Positions 9,416-19,533 of a stretch of 64,000 bases of DNA are shown here, piece by piece. Source of the stretch: an uncultured delta proteobacterium (GTDB lineage: Bacteria > Desulfobacterota > Binatia > UBA9968); NCBI GenBank assembly GCA_963816145.1, contig CAWFJP010000018.1:1-64000 (forward strand). The letters are read 5' to 3'. The notes beneath the pieces were generated by a model. It searched no databases. It was given only the letters and a program-made list of their open reading frames with translations, and was not told the origin of the DNA. How positions within the stretch are numbered: position 1 is the first letter of the stretch; every line of letters starts with the position of its first letter. Position numbers and translations under genes: made by a program.

Positions 9416-9503
9416 CGTTCAAAGTTCAACGGTTCAAACGTTCCGAGTTTTCGATTAAATTCCGAGACTTACGTTAAACCATTGAATGTTGAATCTTTGA
9501 ACG
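9416..9503. repeat. Inverted array of short GTTCAA(N1-2) tandem repeats
   Basis: gttcaaa-gttcaacg-gttcaaac-gttc ... ttaaacca-ttgaatg-ttgaatct-ttgaacg. The outer arms CGTTCAAAG and CTTTGAACG pair. Confidence 0.75.
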
Positions 9504-9509
9504 AATTCT

Positions 9510-11318
9510 TTAAAGCACTCGTTTAAACATGCGCTCCAACTCGTCACGGCTCAACTCCACCAGCACCGGCCGGCCATGCGGACATTGCGTGGCAAACTCG
9601 ACTTGGTCGAGCTCACGCAGCAGCGCGCGCATCTCATCCGGTTCGAGCTTGCGATTGGCGCGGATCACGCTGTGACAAGCCATGGTCGCCAAGCGCTCTT
9701 CAAGATGCTGGCGCAACCTGGACGAAGTATCGACCTCAGCCAACTCGGCAACCAACTGGCGCACCAGCTGCGTGTAGTCGCCTTCCGGCAACAGTGCGGG
9801 AACTGAAGTAATCGCGAAGGAACTCGGCCCGAATGGTTCCAGACTAAAACCGTGACGCTCCAACACATCTAGTTTCTGTTCAAGCATCATGATCTCGCCG
9901 GCCGACAGTTCGACCGTCTGCGCAATCAGCAGATCCTGCCGTTCGACGGCGTTGGCCTGCAATTGATGGCGCAGTCTTTCAAAAGCGATTCGCTCATGGG
10001 CCGCGTGCTGATCGATCAGAATCATGCGATCGGTGGTGGAACAAACCAGATAACAGCCGAGAATTTGATCGTGGATGCTCAGTGACGAGAAGAACCCTCT
10101 CTCTAGCGGCCGCTGATTCGCCGCAGTGGTAAACATTGTAGCGCGCGGTGCAACCGATTCATCCTTTGGCCATCGGTGGGCGACGTAGTTGAGCTGGGGT
10201 TCGTTAACAACCTGGCCGGCGCTGGGTGAATATGAATAAGCCGGCCGCCATGAACCGGGCGACACGGCATAGCCTACCGATGAGGCGATCTCCCCGGGCG
10301 CTTTGGCGTCGCGCTGCAACGCTGAACGCACCGCACGTGACACCGCGTCATGGACATCGCTTTGCCGGCGGAAGCGCACCTCATACTTTGCCGGATGCAC
10401 GTTGACATCCACTTCGGCGTAGGGGATTTCCAGAAACAACACCACCGCGGGATATTGACCCTTCATCAGTAGCGTGTCGTAGCCTTGCAACACCGCGTGG
10501 GTGAGCACCTTGTCGCGCACGAAACGCCGGTTGACGAAGGTGAATAAATAACGCGCGTTGGGAAATGAAGTCGGCGCCGTGCTCAGGAAGCCGCTGACGG
10601 TCATATCTCCCTGGGAAAAAGAAAAGGGCTTCAAGCTCTTGGCCACATCGATTCCCAACACCTGCTGCAATCGATCCCGCCCCTGCTTCACCGCTACGTA
10701 ATCGGCTACGGTGCGGCTCTCATGCTGCAGGCGAAAGTGCACCTGCGGGTTTGCCAGTGCCAGGCGATTCACGACGTCGCAGACATGGCTCAACTCGGTC
10801 GCCGGCGCCTTGAGAAACTTGCGCCGCGCCGGCGTGTTGTAAAATATGTCGCGAATTTCGATGGTCGTGCCCAGGGCAGCGGCGGCGGCTTGCACCTCGC
10901 CCTTCTTGCCGCCATCTACCGCCAACTTGGCGCCGCTAACACTGGACGCCGGCCGCGACGAGATGGCCATCTTGGCAATGGAACCGATGCTCGGCAACGC
11001 CTCGCCGCGGAACCCCAACGTCGCGATGCGAAACAAATCGTCGTCTTCGCGAAGTTTGCTGGTGGCATGGCGCTCGACCGCTAGCGCCAAATCCTCCGGC
11101 GACATCCCCTCGCCATTGTCGGTGACACGGATCGCCGCAGTACCGCTCTTTTCGAGCCAGATGAAGATCTCGGTGGCGCCGGCATCGAGCGAGTTCTCGA
11201 TGAGTTCCTTGACCACCGAAGCTGGGCGCTCGACCACTTCACCGGCGGCGATCCGGCTGGCCATCTGATCGGAGAGAACTTGAATTTTCACGCTTTCGGC
11301 TAGCTCCTGAGAAACCAT
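9510..11318 (-). CDS. mutL: DNA mismatch repair endonuclease MutL
   Basis: IAAGEVVERP, ENSLDAG, GFRGEAL, DQHAAHER and CPHGRP motifs. The start may instead be GTG at 11291. Confidence 0.97.
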   Translation of the reverse strand: MVSQELAESVKIQVLSDQMASRIAAGEVVERPASVVKELIENSLDAGATEIFIWLEKSGTAAIRVTDNGEGMSPEDLALAVERHATSKLREDDDLFRIATLGFRGEALPSIGSIAKMAISSRPASSVSGAKLAVDGGKKGEVQAAAAALGTTIEIRDIFYNTPARRKFLKAPATELSHVCDVVNRLALANPQVHFRLQHESRTVADYVAVKQGRDRLQQVLGIDVAKSLKPFSFSQGDMTVSGFLSTAPTSFPNARYLFTFVNRRFVRDKVLTHAVLQGYDTLLMKGQYPAVVLFLEIPYAEVDVNVHPAKYEVRFRRQSDVHDAVSRAVRSALQRDAKAPGEIASSVGYAVSPGSWRPAYSYSPSAGQVVNEPQLNYVAHRWPKDESVAPRATMFTTAANQRPLERGFFSSLSIHDQILGCYLVCSTTDRMILIDQHAAHERIAFERLRHQLQANAVERQDLLIAQTVELSAGEIMMLEQKLDVLERHGFSLEPFGPSSFAITSVPALLPEGDYTQLVRQLVAELAEVDTSSRLRQHLEERLATMACHSVIRANRKLEPDEMRALLRELDQVEFATQCPHGRPVLVELSRDELERMFKRVL

Positions 11319-11361
11319 AACCTAGAGTAAAACATAGGGTCAACGATCACGTCGCTTGTCC

Positions 11362-11403
11362 AAAAATAAAAAGGGCAAGCGCGCGATCAGCGGCTTGCCC
11401 TTT
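11362..11403 (-). terminator. Rho-independent terminator after the UbiD-family gene
   Basis: AAAGGGCAAGC...GCTTGCCCTTT stem followed by a T-run on the minus strand. Confidence 0.8.
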
Positions 11404-11424
11404 ATACATTAAACCAACGAAGTA

Positions 11425-12861
11425 CTATTTCTTGCCCGTACCGAAAAGCTCCGCACCCCATTTTTTAGCGGTGGCATCGAGCACTTCCCGGCTCGACTCG
11501 GCAACCGGCGGGAAGTCTTTGATCCATTCATAGGGCCGGGTCGCATCGATGATCGCGCGCGAGTTAAAACCCTTCTTGGTCGGATGAATGACCGGATCGA
11601 GCGGCCCGCTCCAGCAACGGCGCAGGATGTCGATATCCGCCTCGGGTTCGCACCGGCTCGACATTGCCCAGATCATATCGTCAGTATTCGATGGATCGAT
11701 ATCGTCGTCGACGACGATCACGAAACGGCCGAGATAAGCACCGGCGTGGCATTGCGATGCGATCACGGCGGCCTGCTTCGCATGTCCTGGGTAGCGCTGC
11801 TTGATCGATACGCACATCATCAAGCGGCTGCCACCGGAAACCGTGAGCCACACGCCTTTGACGTCCGGCACACCGGCCTTCTCCATCTCGTCCCAGATCA
11901 GAGCGGAACGCAGATAGGAGCGATACCAACCCAACTCCGCGGGCGGACGGCCCGGAGGGGAGCCGAGAATGATCGGATCGTTGCGATGATACAAACGCTT
12001 TACTTCGACCCAGGGCTCGGCGCGTTCGGCGCTGGCGTAATAGCCGGTCCACTCACCGAAGGGGCCTTCGGTCGTGGGTTTGTCGAAGTGAACGTCGCCT
12101 TCAATGACGATCTCGGCGTTGGCCGGAATCGGCAAACCGGAATACTCGCCTTCGATCATTTCGAAGGGTTCGCCGCGGATACCGCCGATGAATTCATACT
12201 CCGGCACACCGTAAGGCACTTCGATGCTGCCAGCCAAAAATGTCAACGGATCATGGCCAAAGGACATCGCCATTTTGAACGGCTGGCCGCTGGCCTGGTA
12301 TTTTTCCCGCTGAATGCGCCCATGCTTGCCGGGAGAAATGTAAAATCCGACCTTGTCCTTGTCGTGGATCATGACCCGGTAAGTGCCGTAGTTGACCCAA
12401 CCCTCGTCCGGATCGCGCGTGATATCGACGCTGCCGGTGCCGATATAGCGGCCGCCGTCTTTGTCATGCCACTTCGGCGTGGGAAACTTGAACATGTCGA
12501 TATCGCCGTCACGATAGACGTTATCGAACAGCCCGCTTTTTTTGACGAACTTGGGCGGGATCGGTTTGACCTTCTTATAGTTGTCTTTCCAAATTTTGAC
12601 GAAATCCATCTTGGTATCGCCGGCCGGCAGACCTAGAGTTAGCGCCAGACGCTTACGCGATGACAACGAATTGGACAGTACGCGATAACCCTTGGGATAA
12701 CCCTTGATGTCCTCGAATAGCACTGCAGGTCCATCTTCTTTGTGCGCGACGATTTCCGTAATCGCGCCGATTTCCAGATTCCAGTCGCAGCCTTTGAGGG
12801 TTTTGAGCTCCCCCATTTCATCGGCGATCTGAATCCAGTCTCGCAGATCCTGATATTCCAT
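11425..12861 (-). CDS. UbiD family (prFMN-dependent) decarboxylase
   Basis: YQDLRDWI, DGGRYIGT, GTYR, EGPFGEWTGYY and VDDDID motifs. Confidence 0.93.
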   Translation of the reverse strand: MEYQDLRDWIQIADEMGELKTLKGCDWNLEIGAITEIVAHKEDGPAVLFEDIKGYPKGYRVLSNSLSSRKRLALTLGLPAGDTKMDFVKIWKDNYKKVKPIPPKFVKKSGLFDNVYRDGDIDMFKFPTPKWHDKDGGRYIGTGSVDITRDPDEGWVNYGTYRVMIHDKDKVGFYISPGKHGRIQREKYQASGQPFKMAMSFGHDPLTFLAGSIEVPYGVPEYEFIGGIRGEPFEMIEGEYSGLPIPANAEIVIEGDVHFDKPTTEGPFGEWTGYYASAERAEPWVEVKRLYHRNDPIILGSPPGRPPAELGWYRSYLRSALIWDEMEKAGVPDVKGVWLTVSGGSRLMMCVSIKQRYPGHAKQAAVIASQCHAGAYLGRFVIVVDDDIDPSNTDDMIWAMSSRCEPEADIDILRRCWSGPLDPVIHPTKKGFNSRAIIDATRPYEWIKDFPPVAESSREVLDATAKKWGAELFGTGKK

Positions 12862-13021
12862 TATGTCCTCCTAAATAAATTCAAAAGCATAGCTCGAACT
12901 TGGCCGAAACCAACATGCCGTCGACCTTAGCTAAATTCGCCTGTCGATTCAAGACAGCGCTTCCGCAAGCGCGCTCTGAAATTTAATTGAAAACAACGAC
13001 TTATCATGTTACCCCAAGACT

Positions 13022-13501
13022 GTGCCGGAAAAATTGAAAAGCCTCGATGAATTGTCGGCAATCGCCGCGGCGGCACGAGCCGAGGGACAAACGGTGGTGT
13101 TCACCAACGGCTGTTTCGATCTATTGCACCGCGGCCATGTCCATACCCTACGCCGCGCCAAAGCCGCCGGCGACGTGCTGATCGTGGCAATCAACAGCGA
13201 CCGTTCGGTCAAATCGATCAAAGCTCCGCAACGGCCGATTCTACCGGAAACCGACCGTGTTGAGTTGATCGCCGCCATGGAGATGGTAGACTACGTCATC
13301 CTTTTTGACGAACCAGATCCCTACAAGCTGATCGCGTCGATTAAACCGCAAGTTTTGGCCAAAGGCGGCGACTGGAGCAGCGAGAAAATTATCGGTGCCG
13401 AAATTGTCGAAGCGGCCGGCGGCCGGGTCGAGGTGATACCGTACTTAGAAGGATTTTCGACAACAGAAATAATCGAAAGGATCAAAAACTTAGATGGCTA
13501 G
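13022..13501 (+). CDS. rfaE2: D-glycero-beta-D-manno-heptose 1-phosphate adenylyltransferase (stand-alone HldE domain II)
   Basis: [18 protein letters not shown] and STT motifs. Confidence 0.93.
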   Translation: MPEKLKSLDELSAIAAAARAEGQTVVFTNGCFDLLHRGHVHTLRRAKAAGDVLIVAINSDRSVKSIKAPQRPILPETDRVELIAAMEMVDYVILFDEPDPYKLIASIKPQVLAKGGDWSSEKIIGAEIVEAAGGRVEVIPYLEGFSTTEIIERIKNLDG

Positions 13502-13685
13502 AGTGTGTAAAATTTGCGGCAAAGGCCGTTCGGTCGGAATGAACGTCAGTCACGCTAACAACAAGACCAAACGTTCTTGGCGGGCAAACCTAAAAACCGT
13601 TCGCGGCAAGTTCGGCGATCGAGTCAAACGCGTGCTGGTGTGCACCGATTGCATCCATTCCGGTCGCGTGCAGAAGGTCGCCTAG
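13494..13685 (+). CDS. rpmB: 50S ribosomal protein L28 (Zn-ribbon form)
   Basis: [25 protein letters not shown]. Confidence 0.96.
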   Translation: MARVCKICGKGRSVGMNVSHANNKTKRSWRANLKTVRGKFGDRVKRVLVCTDCIHSGRVQKVA

Positions 13686-13696
13686 CGGCCTGGGTT

Positions 13697-15910
13697 TCAG
13701 TGCAACTCCTCTTTGACCGTCCCCTCAGCATCGACATTACTGCCGGCGCGGCCACGGCCGCGCACCGCTTTGTAAACGCCTTTAACTTTTGAGATGTTCT
13801 GGAGCACCTCTTTCAGGTGCTCCGAACTCTTGATCATCACCTCGAACGTGTTGACCGCCCGTTGACTGGTGAAGGTCCGCACCTGGGCGCGAGCGATATT
13901 GGCATCGGCACTGGTGATCGCCGAACTGATCGCCGCCAGTAACCCGGGTTGATCGACACAGGTGACTTCGATCTTAACCGGCCTTGGCGGCTGGCCATTT
14001 TCTTCCCAGGCGACTTCGATCTTGCGATGGGGATCACTCTCCAACACCGTCGTGCAGCCGACTGTATGAATCGTCACACCCCGACCACGGGTGATGAAGC
14101 CAACGATATGTTCGCCCGGCAATGGGTGACAACACAGCGCGAAGCGCACCAACACATCGTCGACGCCCTTGACGCGAATCCCCAGCCTGCGCTTTTGCTT
14201 CGATACCAGCTTGAACAACGATTCGAGCGCGCCATCAGCTTTTTTGGCCCCGCTATCGAGCTTATCCGGCGGTACGAGCTTGACGATCGCATGGCGCGTC
14301 GTGATCCGGCCATAACCGATGGCCGACAGAAACGCTTCTTGATCCTTAAAACCGAGCTCTTGGCTTAACCAGTCGATCTTACCTTCCTCTTTGAGCTGCG
14401 CGTAGTCTAACTGATAGCGATGCAGGTCACTCTCAAAAATCTCACGGCCCAGCACCACGCTGCGTTCGTATTGCTGGGTCTTTAGCCAGTTGCGGATTTT
14501 GGTTTTCGCTCGCGGCGTCTTGACCCATTTGAGCCAATCACGGCTCGGCACCTGTTGCGGTGTCGTGATGATTTCGACCGTGTCGCCGCTGCGCAGAATA
14601 TACTTGAGCGACACCAGCTGGCCGTTCACGCGCGCGCCGGAGCACCGATTGCCGACCTCGGTGTGAATCCGGTAGGCAAAGTCGATCACCGTGGAGCCAC
14701 GCAGGAAGTGCAGCAAATCACCCTTGGGCGTGAACACGTACATGCCGGCGGCGAACAGGTCTTCCTTAAGGCTGTGGAGAAATTCCTGCGGGTCTTGCAG
14801 ATTCTCCTGCCACTCGAGCAATTGACGCAGCCAGGAGAAGCGTTGAATGTCGCTCACCTGAAAGGCCTCGCCTTCTTTGTAACGCCAGTGCGCTGCGATG
14901 CCCTCTTCGGCGACCCGATGCATCTCGTGCGAGCGAATCTGAATTTCGATGCGCTCGCCGTAAGGTCCGATCACCGTGGTGTGGAGCGACTGATACATGT
15001 TCGGCTTCGGCAATGCGATATAATCCTTGAAGCGCGTCGGCACCGGCTTCCACTGGGCGTGCACGATCCCCAGGGTCTCATAACATTCACGCGGCGTGTC
15101 GACTAAGATACGAAAAGCCACCAAATCGTAAATCTGATCGTAAAGCAGGTTCTGACTCTCCATCTTTTGATAGATGCTGAAGAAATGCTTGGGCCGCCCG
15201 GTCACCTCGGCATCGATCCCCTCAGCTTCCAGTTTCTTGCCAATGATCGAGATCACTTCCTCGATGTACTTTTCGCGGTCGCTCTTTTTCTTGGCGACAT
15301 TGCGTTTGAGCTGATAGTAGACTTCCGGATGAAGATATTTGAGCGACAGATCTTCCAGCTCGCTCTTCACCCAGGCGATGCCCAGGCGGTGCGATAACGG
15401 CGCGTAAATGTCTAAGGTCTCCTGGGCCGTAAGAATCTGCTTTTCGGGCGGCATATGGTCCAGCGTTCGCATGTTATGCACGCGGTCGGCGAGCTTGATG
15501 AGAATCACCCGCACATCCTTGCCCATCGCCAGAATCATCTTGCGAAAATTCTCCGCCTGCTTTTCCTCATTGCTGGTAAAGTTAGTGCGGCTCAACTTGG
15601 TAACGCCGTCGACCAATGCGGCGATTTCCCGGCCAAAGAGACTCTTGATCTCGTCCAAAGTCGTCAACGTGTCTTCCACCGTATCGTGAAGCAAAGCTCC
15701 GACGATGCTCGGCACATCGAGCTTCAGATCGGCTATAACATCGGCAACAGCGATCGGGTGAATCAGATAAGGTTCGCCGGACAAGCGTTTTTGCCCGGTG
15801 TGGACCTTGGCGGAAAAATCGTGGGCTTTGCGGATGAGATCGACATCCGCGGCGGGGTAATAAGACTGAACTTTCTCAACTAGATCGTGAAGTTTGGTTT
15901 CTTTGCTCAT
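13697..15910 (-). CDS. spoT: Bifunctional (p)ppGpp synthetase/hydrolase
   Basis: Intact HDTVED hydrolase motif, RFKD synthetase motif, YQSLHT, and TGS and ACT domains. Confidence 0.96.
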   Translation of the reverse strand: MSKETKLHDLVEKVQSYYPAADVDLIRKAHDFSAKVHTGQKRLSGEPYLIHPIAVADVIADLKLDVPSIVGALLHDTVEDTLTTLDEIKSLFGREIAALVDGVTKLSRTNFTSNEEKQAENFRKMILAMGKDVRVILIKLADRVHNMRTLDHMPPEKQILTAQETLDIYAPLSHRLGIAWVKSELEDLSLKYLHPEVYYQLKRNVAKKKSDREKYIEEVISIIGKKLEAEGIDAEVTGRPKHFFSIYQKMESQNLLYDQIYDLVAFRILVDTPRECYETLGIVHAQWKPVPTRFKDYIALPKPNMYQSLHTTVIGPYGERIEIQIRSHEMHRVAEEGIAAHWRYKEGEAFQVSDIQRFSWLRQLLEWQENLQDPQEFLHSLKEDLFAAGMYVFTPKGDLLHFLRGSTVIDFAYRIHTEVGNRCSGARVNGQLVSLKYILRSGDTVEIITTPQQVPSRDWLKWVKTPRAKTKIRNWLKTQQYERSVVLGREIFESDLHRYQLDYAQLKEEGKIDWLSQELGFKDQEAFLSAIGYGRITTRHAIVKLVPPDKLDSGAKKADGALESLFKLVSKQKRRLGIRVKGVDDVLVRFALCCHPLPGEHIVGFITRGRGVTIHTVGCTTVLESDPHRKIEVAWEENGQPPRPVKIEVTCVDQPGLLAAISSAITSADANIARAQVRTFTSQRAVNTFEVMIKSSEHLKEVLQNISKVKGVYKAVRGRGRAGSNVDAEGTVKEELH

Positions 15911-16559
15911 GTTTGCCCTGACCGTGCTTGGCGCGCAGCGGTTCGATGCGCCACTCGGTTACCCTGGAAACCCTGGATCGTTCGGCTTCGACGATCCCGC
16001 TGAGCACGCGCACCGCCTGCTCGACGTCCTGATTAACGACAAAGTAATCATAATGAATTATCTGGCGCATTTCACCCCGGGCGTTGGCGAGACGGCGCAG
16101 GATCACTTGGCGGTCGTCGGTCCCACGGTAGGACAAACGGCGCTCCAATTCCGCCATGGACGGCGGCAGGACAAACACCGCAACCGCCGCGGGATACGCG
16201 GTTTTGATTTTCTGCGCTCCTTGGACGTCGATATCGAGCAAAATATCGCGCCCCGATTTGACCGCCCGGTCAAGCGGCTTGCGTGGGGTACCGTAATAGT
16301 AGTCATGCACGCGCGCCCATTCGGCGAACTCACCGCCTTGTTTGAGCGTATCGAATTGTCCATCGCTGAGAAAGCGATAATCGCGGCCCTGCACCTCGCC
16401 GCGCCGCCGAGCACGCGTGGTGCAGGAAACCGAAAGCTGGATTTCGGGATAGATTTTTCGCAGACCGTTATACAGGGTTGTCTTCCCTGCCCCGGACGGC
16501 GCTGAAAGAATAAAGATCAAGCCTTGCCGTCTAGCAAGTCGGGTTGCCCGATGTCTCAT
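15876..16559 (-). CDS. gmk: Guanylate kinase
   Basis: SAPSGAGKTT, TTR, YYGTP and DIDVQGA motifs. Confidence 0.96.
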   Translation of the reverse strand: MRHRATRLARRQGLIFILSAPSGAGKTTLYNGLRKIYPEIQLSVSCTTRARRRGEVQGRDYRFLSDGQFDTLKQGGEFAEWARVHDYYYGTPRKPLDRAVKSGRDILLDIDVQGAQKIKTAYPAAVAVFVLPPSMAELERRLSYRGTDDRQVILRRLANARGEMRQIIHYDYFVVNQDVEQAVRVLSGIVEAERSRVSRVTEWRIEPLRAKHGQGKHEQRNQTSRSS

Positions 16560-17416
16560 TCGATGTTTTGGGTTTGCTCGCGAATCTTCTCGACCCGCTC
16601 TTTGCCTTGAAGCACCAAGTGGGTCACCGGCAAGTAGGGCACTTTGGAACTGATGGTGTTGAGCTCGCGATTGACTTCCTGGAGCATAAAGTCGACCTTT
16701 TTACCCACCGGCTCTCGTTCGCGGACAACCTTGGCCAGCGCCACAACATGGGTTTTCAAGCGCACCAGCTCTTCGTTGATATCGCCTTTCGCGATGGCGG
16801 TGGAAACATCCGGGGGCATTCGCTCCGACTTGTCGCCGTTCAGCCCATCCGGCCCGACGCCCTTTTGCTGGCGGATGCCGTTCTCGGCTGCCCGCGCTTC
16901 GAGCCCGCCGGCGATTTCCCGCAGGTGGGCGATCTGCGATTCCATATCGCTGCGCAAATGAGTCCCCTCGCGCTCACGCGACTGTTCGAGTTTCTTGAGC
17001 GCGCTGTTGAGCGCCTTGAGTACCGCCTGCCGTTCGCTCTTGCTGTCGATTTCAATCTCGCGCACATGAAACACATCGGGGATGTTGGAAACCAGCGCGA
17101 CATCGACTTCGCCGCTAAGTTTGTATTTCTTTTTGAGCTGTGCGACGCCCGAAATAAATTGACCGATCAAGGCTTCGTCCATCTCGAGTTTGCGCGCTTG
17201 CCCCTTGGCCGCGTAGCGGTTGACGAACAAATCAATACGGCCCCGGGAAATCTTTTCGCGCAGGAGCTTACGGATTTCTTCCTCGAAAGACATATACTCG
17301 CGCGGCGTGCGAACTTGCAGATCGAGATGCCGATGATTCACGCTGCGAATTTGCACGGTAATCCTCGCACCGTGAATATTCTGCGACGCTTCGCCATAGC
17401 CGGTCATACTTTTCAT
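16556..17416 (-). CDS. yicC: YicC/YloC family endoribonuclease
   Basis: MKSMTGYG start, RSVNHR, RELNTISSK and REQTQNIE. The true start is ATG 17416, not the ORF-track 17698. Confidence 0.93.
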   Translation of the reverse strand: MKSMTGYGEASQNIHGARITVQIRSVNHRHLDLQVRTPREYMSFEEEIRKLLREKISRGRIDLFVNRYAAKGQARKLEMDEALIGQFISGVAQLKKKYKLSGEVDVALVSNIPDVFHVREIEIDSKSERQAVLKALNSALKKLEQSREREGTHLRSDMESQIAHLREIAGGLEARAAENGIRQQKGVGPDGLNGDKSERMPPDVSTAIAKGDINEELVRLKTHVVALAKVVREREPVGKKVDFMLQEVNRELNTISSKVPYLPVTHLVLQGKERVEKIREQTQNIE

Positions 17417-18396
17417 GGGAGTTCCTCGATTTTTAGTTTCAGCCTGTTGAAAGGCACGGCAACGGTGCCGATTTCGTCGCCGACAAACCCCGCTGCCACA
17501 TTGGCGATCACCGCGGCAGCCGCAAAATCGCCGCCACAGGCCAAGACCAGAGCGCAAACCGCCACCACGGTATCGCCGGCACCGGTGACCTCGAAAACAT
17601 CGCGCGGTTCGGTGGGAAAGTGTCTCGGTTTGCGGCGCGGCCGGAACAAACTCATACCGTCCGCGCCGCGGGTAATCAGCAGCCCCTGGGCGCGCCATTG
17701 GCGCAATAACTTGGCGCCGGCGGCCTGCAATGTCTTATCGTCGCGAATGTCGATTCCAGCCGCATCCGCGGCTTCGCTCTTGTTGGGGGTTACCAGCGTC
17801 GCGAAGCGATAGCGGGCGAAGTTTTCTTTTTTCGGGTCGACGACGCAGATGATTTTTCGCTTGCCAACCTCGGCGGCGAGCGCCGACAACAGCTCACCGT
17901 GCACGGCTCCCTTACCGTAGTCCGAGAGCACCACTCCGTCGCAATGCTCGACTCGGCGAATGATAAACTCGCGCAGCCGTTTCAAGGTCGTAGCGCGAAT
18001 CGGCTCGCGGCTCTCGCGATCCAATCGAACGATCTGTTGGTGGTGCGGGCTGGCGATGATCCGGCTCTTCTCAATGGTTTGAAACTTGCCGTCGGTAAAG
18101 ACTCCCGCGGTGGAAGCACCGACGCGGCGTAAGACGCTAAGAATATGCTTGCCGGCATCGTCATTGCCGATAACGCCGCACGCACTCACAAGTCCGCCCA
18201 AGGATCGGATGTTATGGATGACATTAGCCGCTCCGCCAAGACGACGTTCTTCAGACACGACCCGAAGCACCGGAACCGGTGCTTCCGGCGACAGCCGCTC
18301 GACATCACCCATGACAAAACGGTCGAGCATTAGGTCGCCCACCACCAAAAGGTGCGCGCCCTTGAATCTCTTGAGAATATCGACAAGCTGGTTCAT
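17413..18396 (-). CDS. rfaE1: D-glycero-beta-D-manno-heptose-7-phosphate kinase (stand-alone HldE domain I)
   Basis: VGDLMLD, SPEAPVPV, GGAANV, SDYGKG and VTGAGDTV motifs. Confidence 0.93.
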   Translation of the reverse strand: MNQLVDILKRFKGAHLLVVGDLMLDRFVMGDVERLSPEAPVPVLRVVSEERRLGGAANVIHNIRSLGGLVSACGVIGNDDAGKHILSVLRRVGASTAGVFTDGKFQTIEKSRIIASPHHQQIVRLDRESREPIRATTLKRLREFIIRRVEHCDGVVLSDYGKGAVHGELLSALAAEVGKRKIICVVDPKKENFARYRFATLVTPNKSEAADAAGIDIRDDKTLQAAGAKLLRQWRAQGLLITRGADGMSLFRPRRKPRHFPTEPRDVFEVTGAGDTVVAVCALVLACGGDFAAAAVIANVAAGFVGDEIGTVAVPFNRLKLKIEELP

Positions 18397-18417
18397 CGTT
18401 GGAAGGCCAAATTGGTG

Positions 18418-19533
18418 TTAATTCCCAGCGCCTAAAAGTTCGTAATAATAGGCTTCGTTCCGTGCCGCCATCTGTGCCAGTGTGAAATTTTCAAGAACCC
18501 GCTGCCGGCCTCGCAAGCCCATATTACGGGCTCCTAGTGAATCGGCAATAAGTTTGGCGACCGCATCGGCAATCGCCCTGCCATCCCGGGGTGGGACCAG
18601 CAATCCGGTCTGGCCTTCAAGCACCGATTCGGCCAAACCGCCGACTCGGCTGGCCACCACCGGTTTGCCGGCCGCCATCGCTTCCAGCGCCGCCACCCCC
18701 AAGCCTTCGAACAATGAAGGCATGACGAAAATATCGATACCGCCGAGAAACTCCTCGGGTTTGGAAACGAAGCCAAGAAACGTTACCGAATCGCCAAGTC
18801 CAAGCGCACGCGCTTTGTTTTCCAATTTTTCGCGAAGCGAGCCATCGCCGCCGATCAACCACTTCAAGCGCACACCTCGCGATTGCAGATGCTTGGCAGC
18901 TTCAAGCAAAAATTCAATCCCTTTGCGCTCCTCCAGAACGGCAAGACAGCCAACGGCACCGACAGGGTAGCGCGCTTTTGCGGTCGGATCAGGCGCCGCG
19001 AAACGGCTGGGATCAATGCCGCTATGAATCAGGCGAATCTTGCGCCGCTCGACTCCAGCATCGACCAATCCGTCGAATATATTTTGCGAGATCGCCACCA
19101 CGCCATCGACACGGCGATTGTAAAGGCAGCGGGTGTACCAAGTTCTTCTCTCGGGGTAATCCATCCGGCGCGTCACGACATACTTCGGCAGCGGCTTTCG
19201 ATGACTAAGCCACAAGGAAAGCGCGTGCGCTCTTTTGGTATGCAGATGGACGATGTCGTAATTCACTTCGTCGATCTGCCGCCGAATGCCGGCAACCGCG
19301 CGCAGATCCAAGTCGTTACGCACAACCATTGGGATTCTACCGGCTTTTACCCTTGCCGCTTCAGCGAACAAGCGGCCTTCCGGGTGACATAAAAGATCGT
19401 TGCGATGGCCCTTTGTTGCGAGATAGGAGACTAGACCGAAGACTTGAGCCTCACCGCCACCCCAGTTTCGTTCCGGATCGACGTGTAGAATCTTGAGAAG
19501 CTTGGCGGCATCACCGCTTTCGCTCGCCGTCAC
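18418..19533 (-). CDS. GT4 glycosyltransferase
   Basis: WGGGE, RKG and EGLGVAALEAM motifs. Confidence 0.9.
   Translation of the reverse strand: MTASESGDAAKLLKILHVDPERNWGGGEAQVFGLVSYLATKGHRNDLLCHPEGRLFAEAARVKAGRIPMVVRNDLDLRAVAGIRRQIDEVNYDIVHLHTKRAHALSLWLSHRKPLPKYVVTRRMDYPERRTWYTRCLYNRRVDGVVAISQNIFDGLVDAGVERRKIRLIHSGIDPSRFAAPDPTAKARYPVGAVGCLAVLEERKGIEFLLEAAKHLQSRGVRLKWLIGGDGSLREKLENKARALGLGDSVTFLGFVSKPEEFLGGIDIFVMPSLFEGLGVAALEAMAAGKPVVASRVGGLAESVLEGQTGLLVPPRDGRAIADAVAKLIADSLGARNMGLRGRQRVLENFTLAQMAARNEAYYYELLGAGN

Noticed and set aside
9416-9503. Possible CRISPR array
   Set aside because: Units are only 7-8 nt, there are no unique spacers, and there are no cas genes in the window.
11584-12636. 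350 aa plus-strand ORF
   Set aside because: Antisense shadow of the UbiD gene, with no recognisable motifs.
16544-17812. 422 aa plus-strand ORF
   Set aside because: Antisense to yicC/rfaE1; long shadows are expected at high GC.
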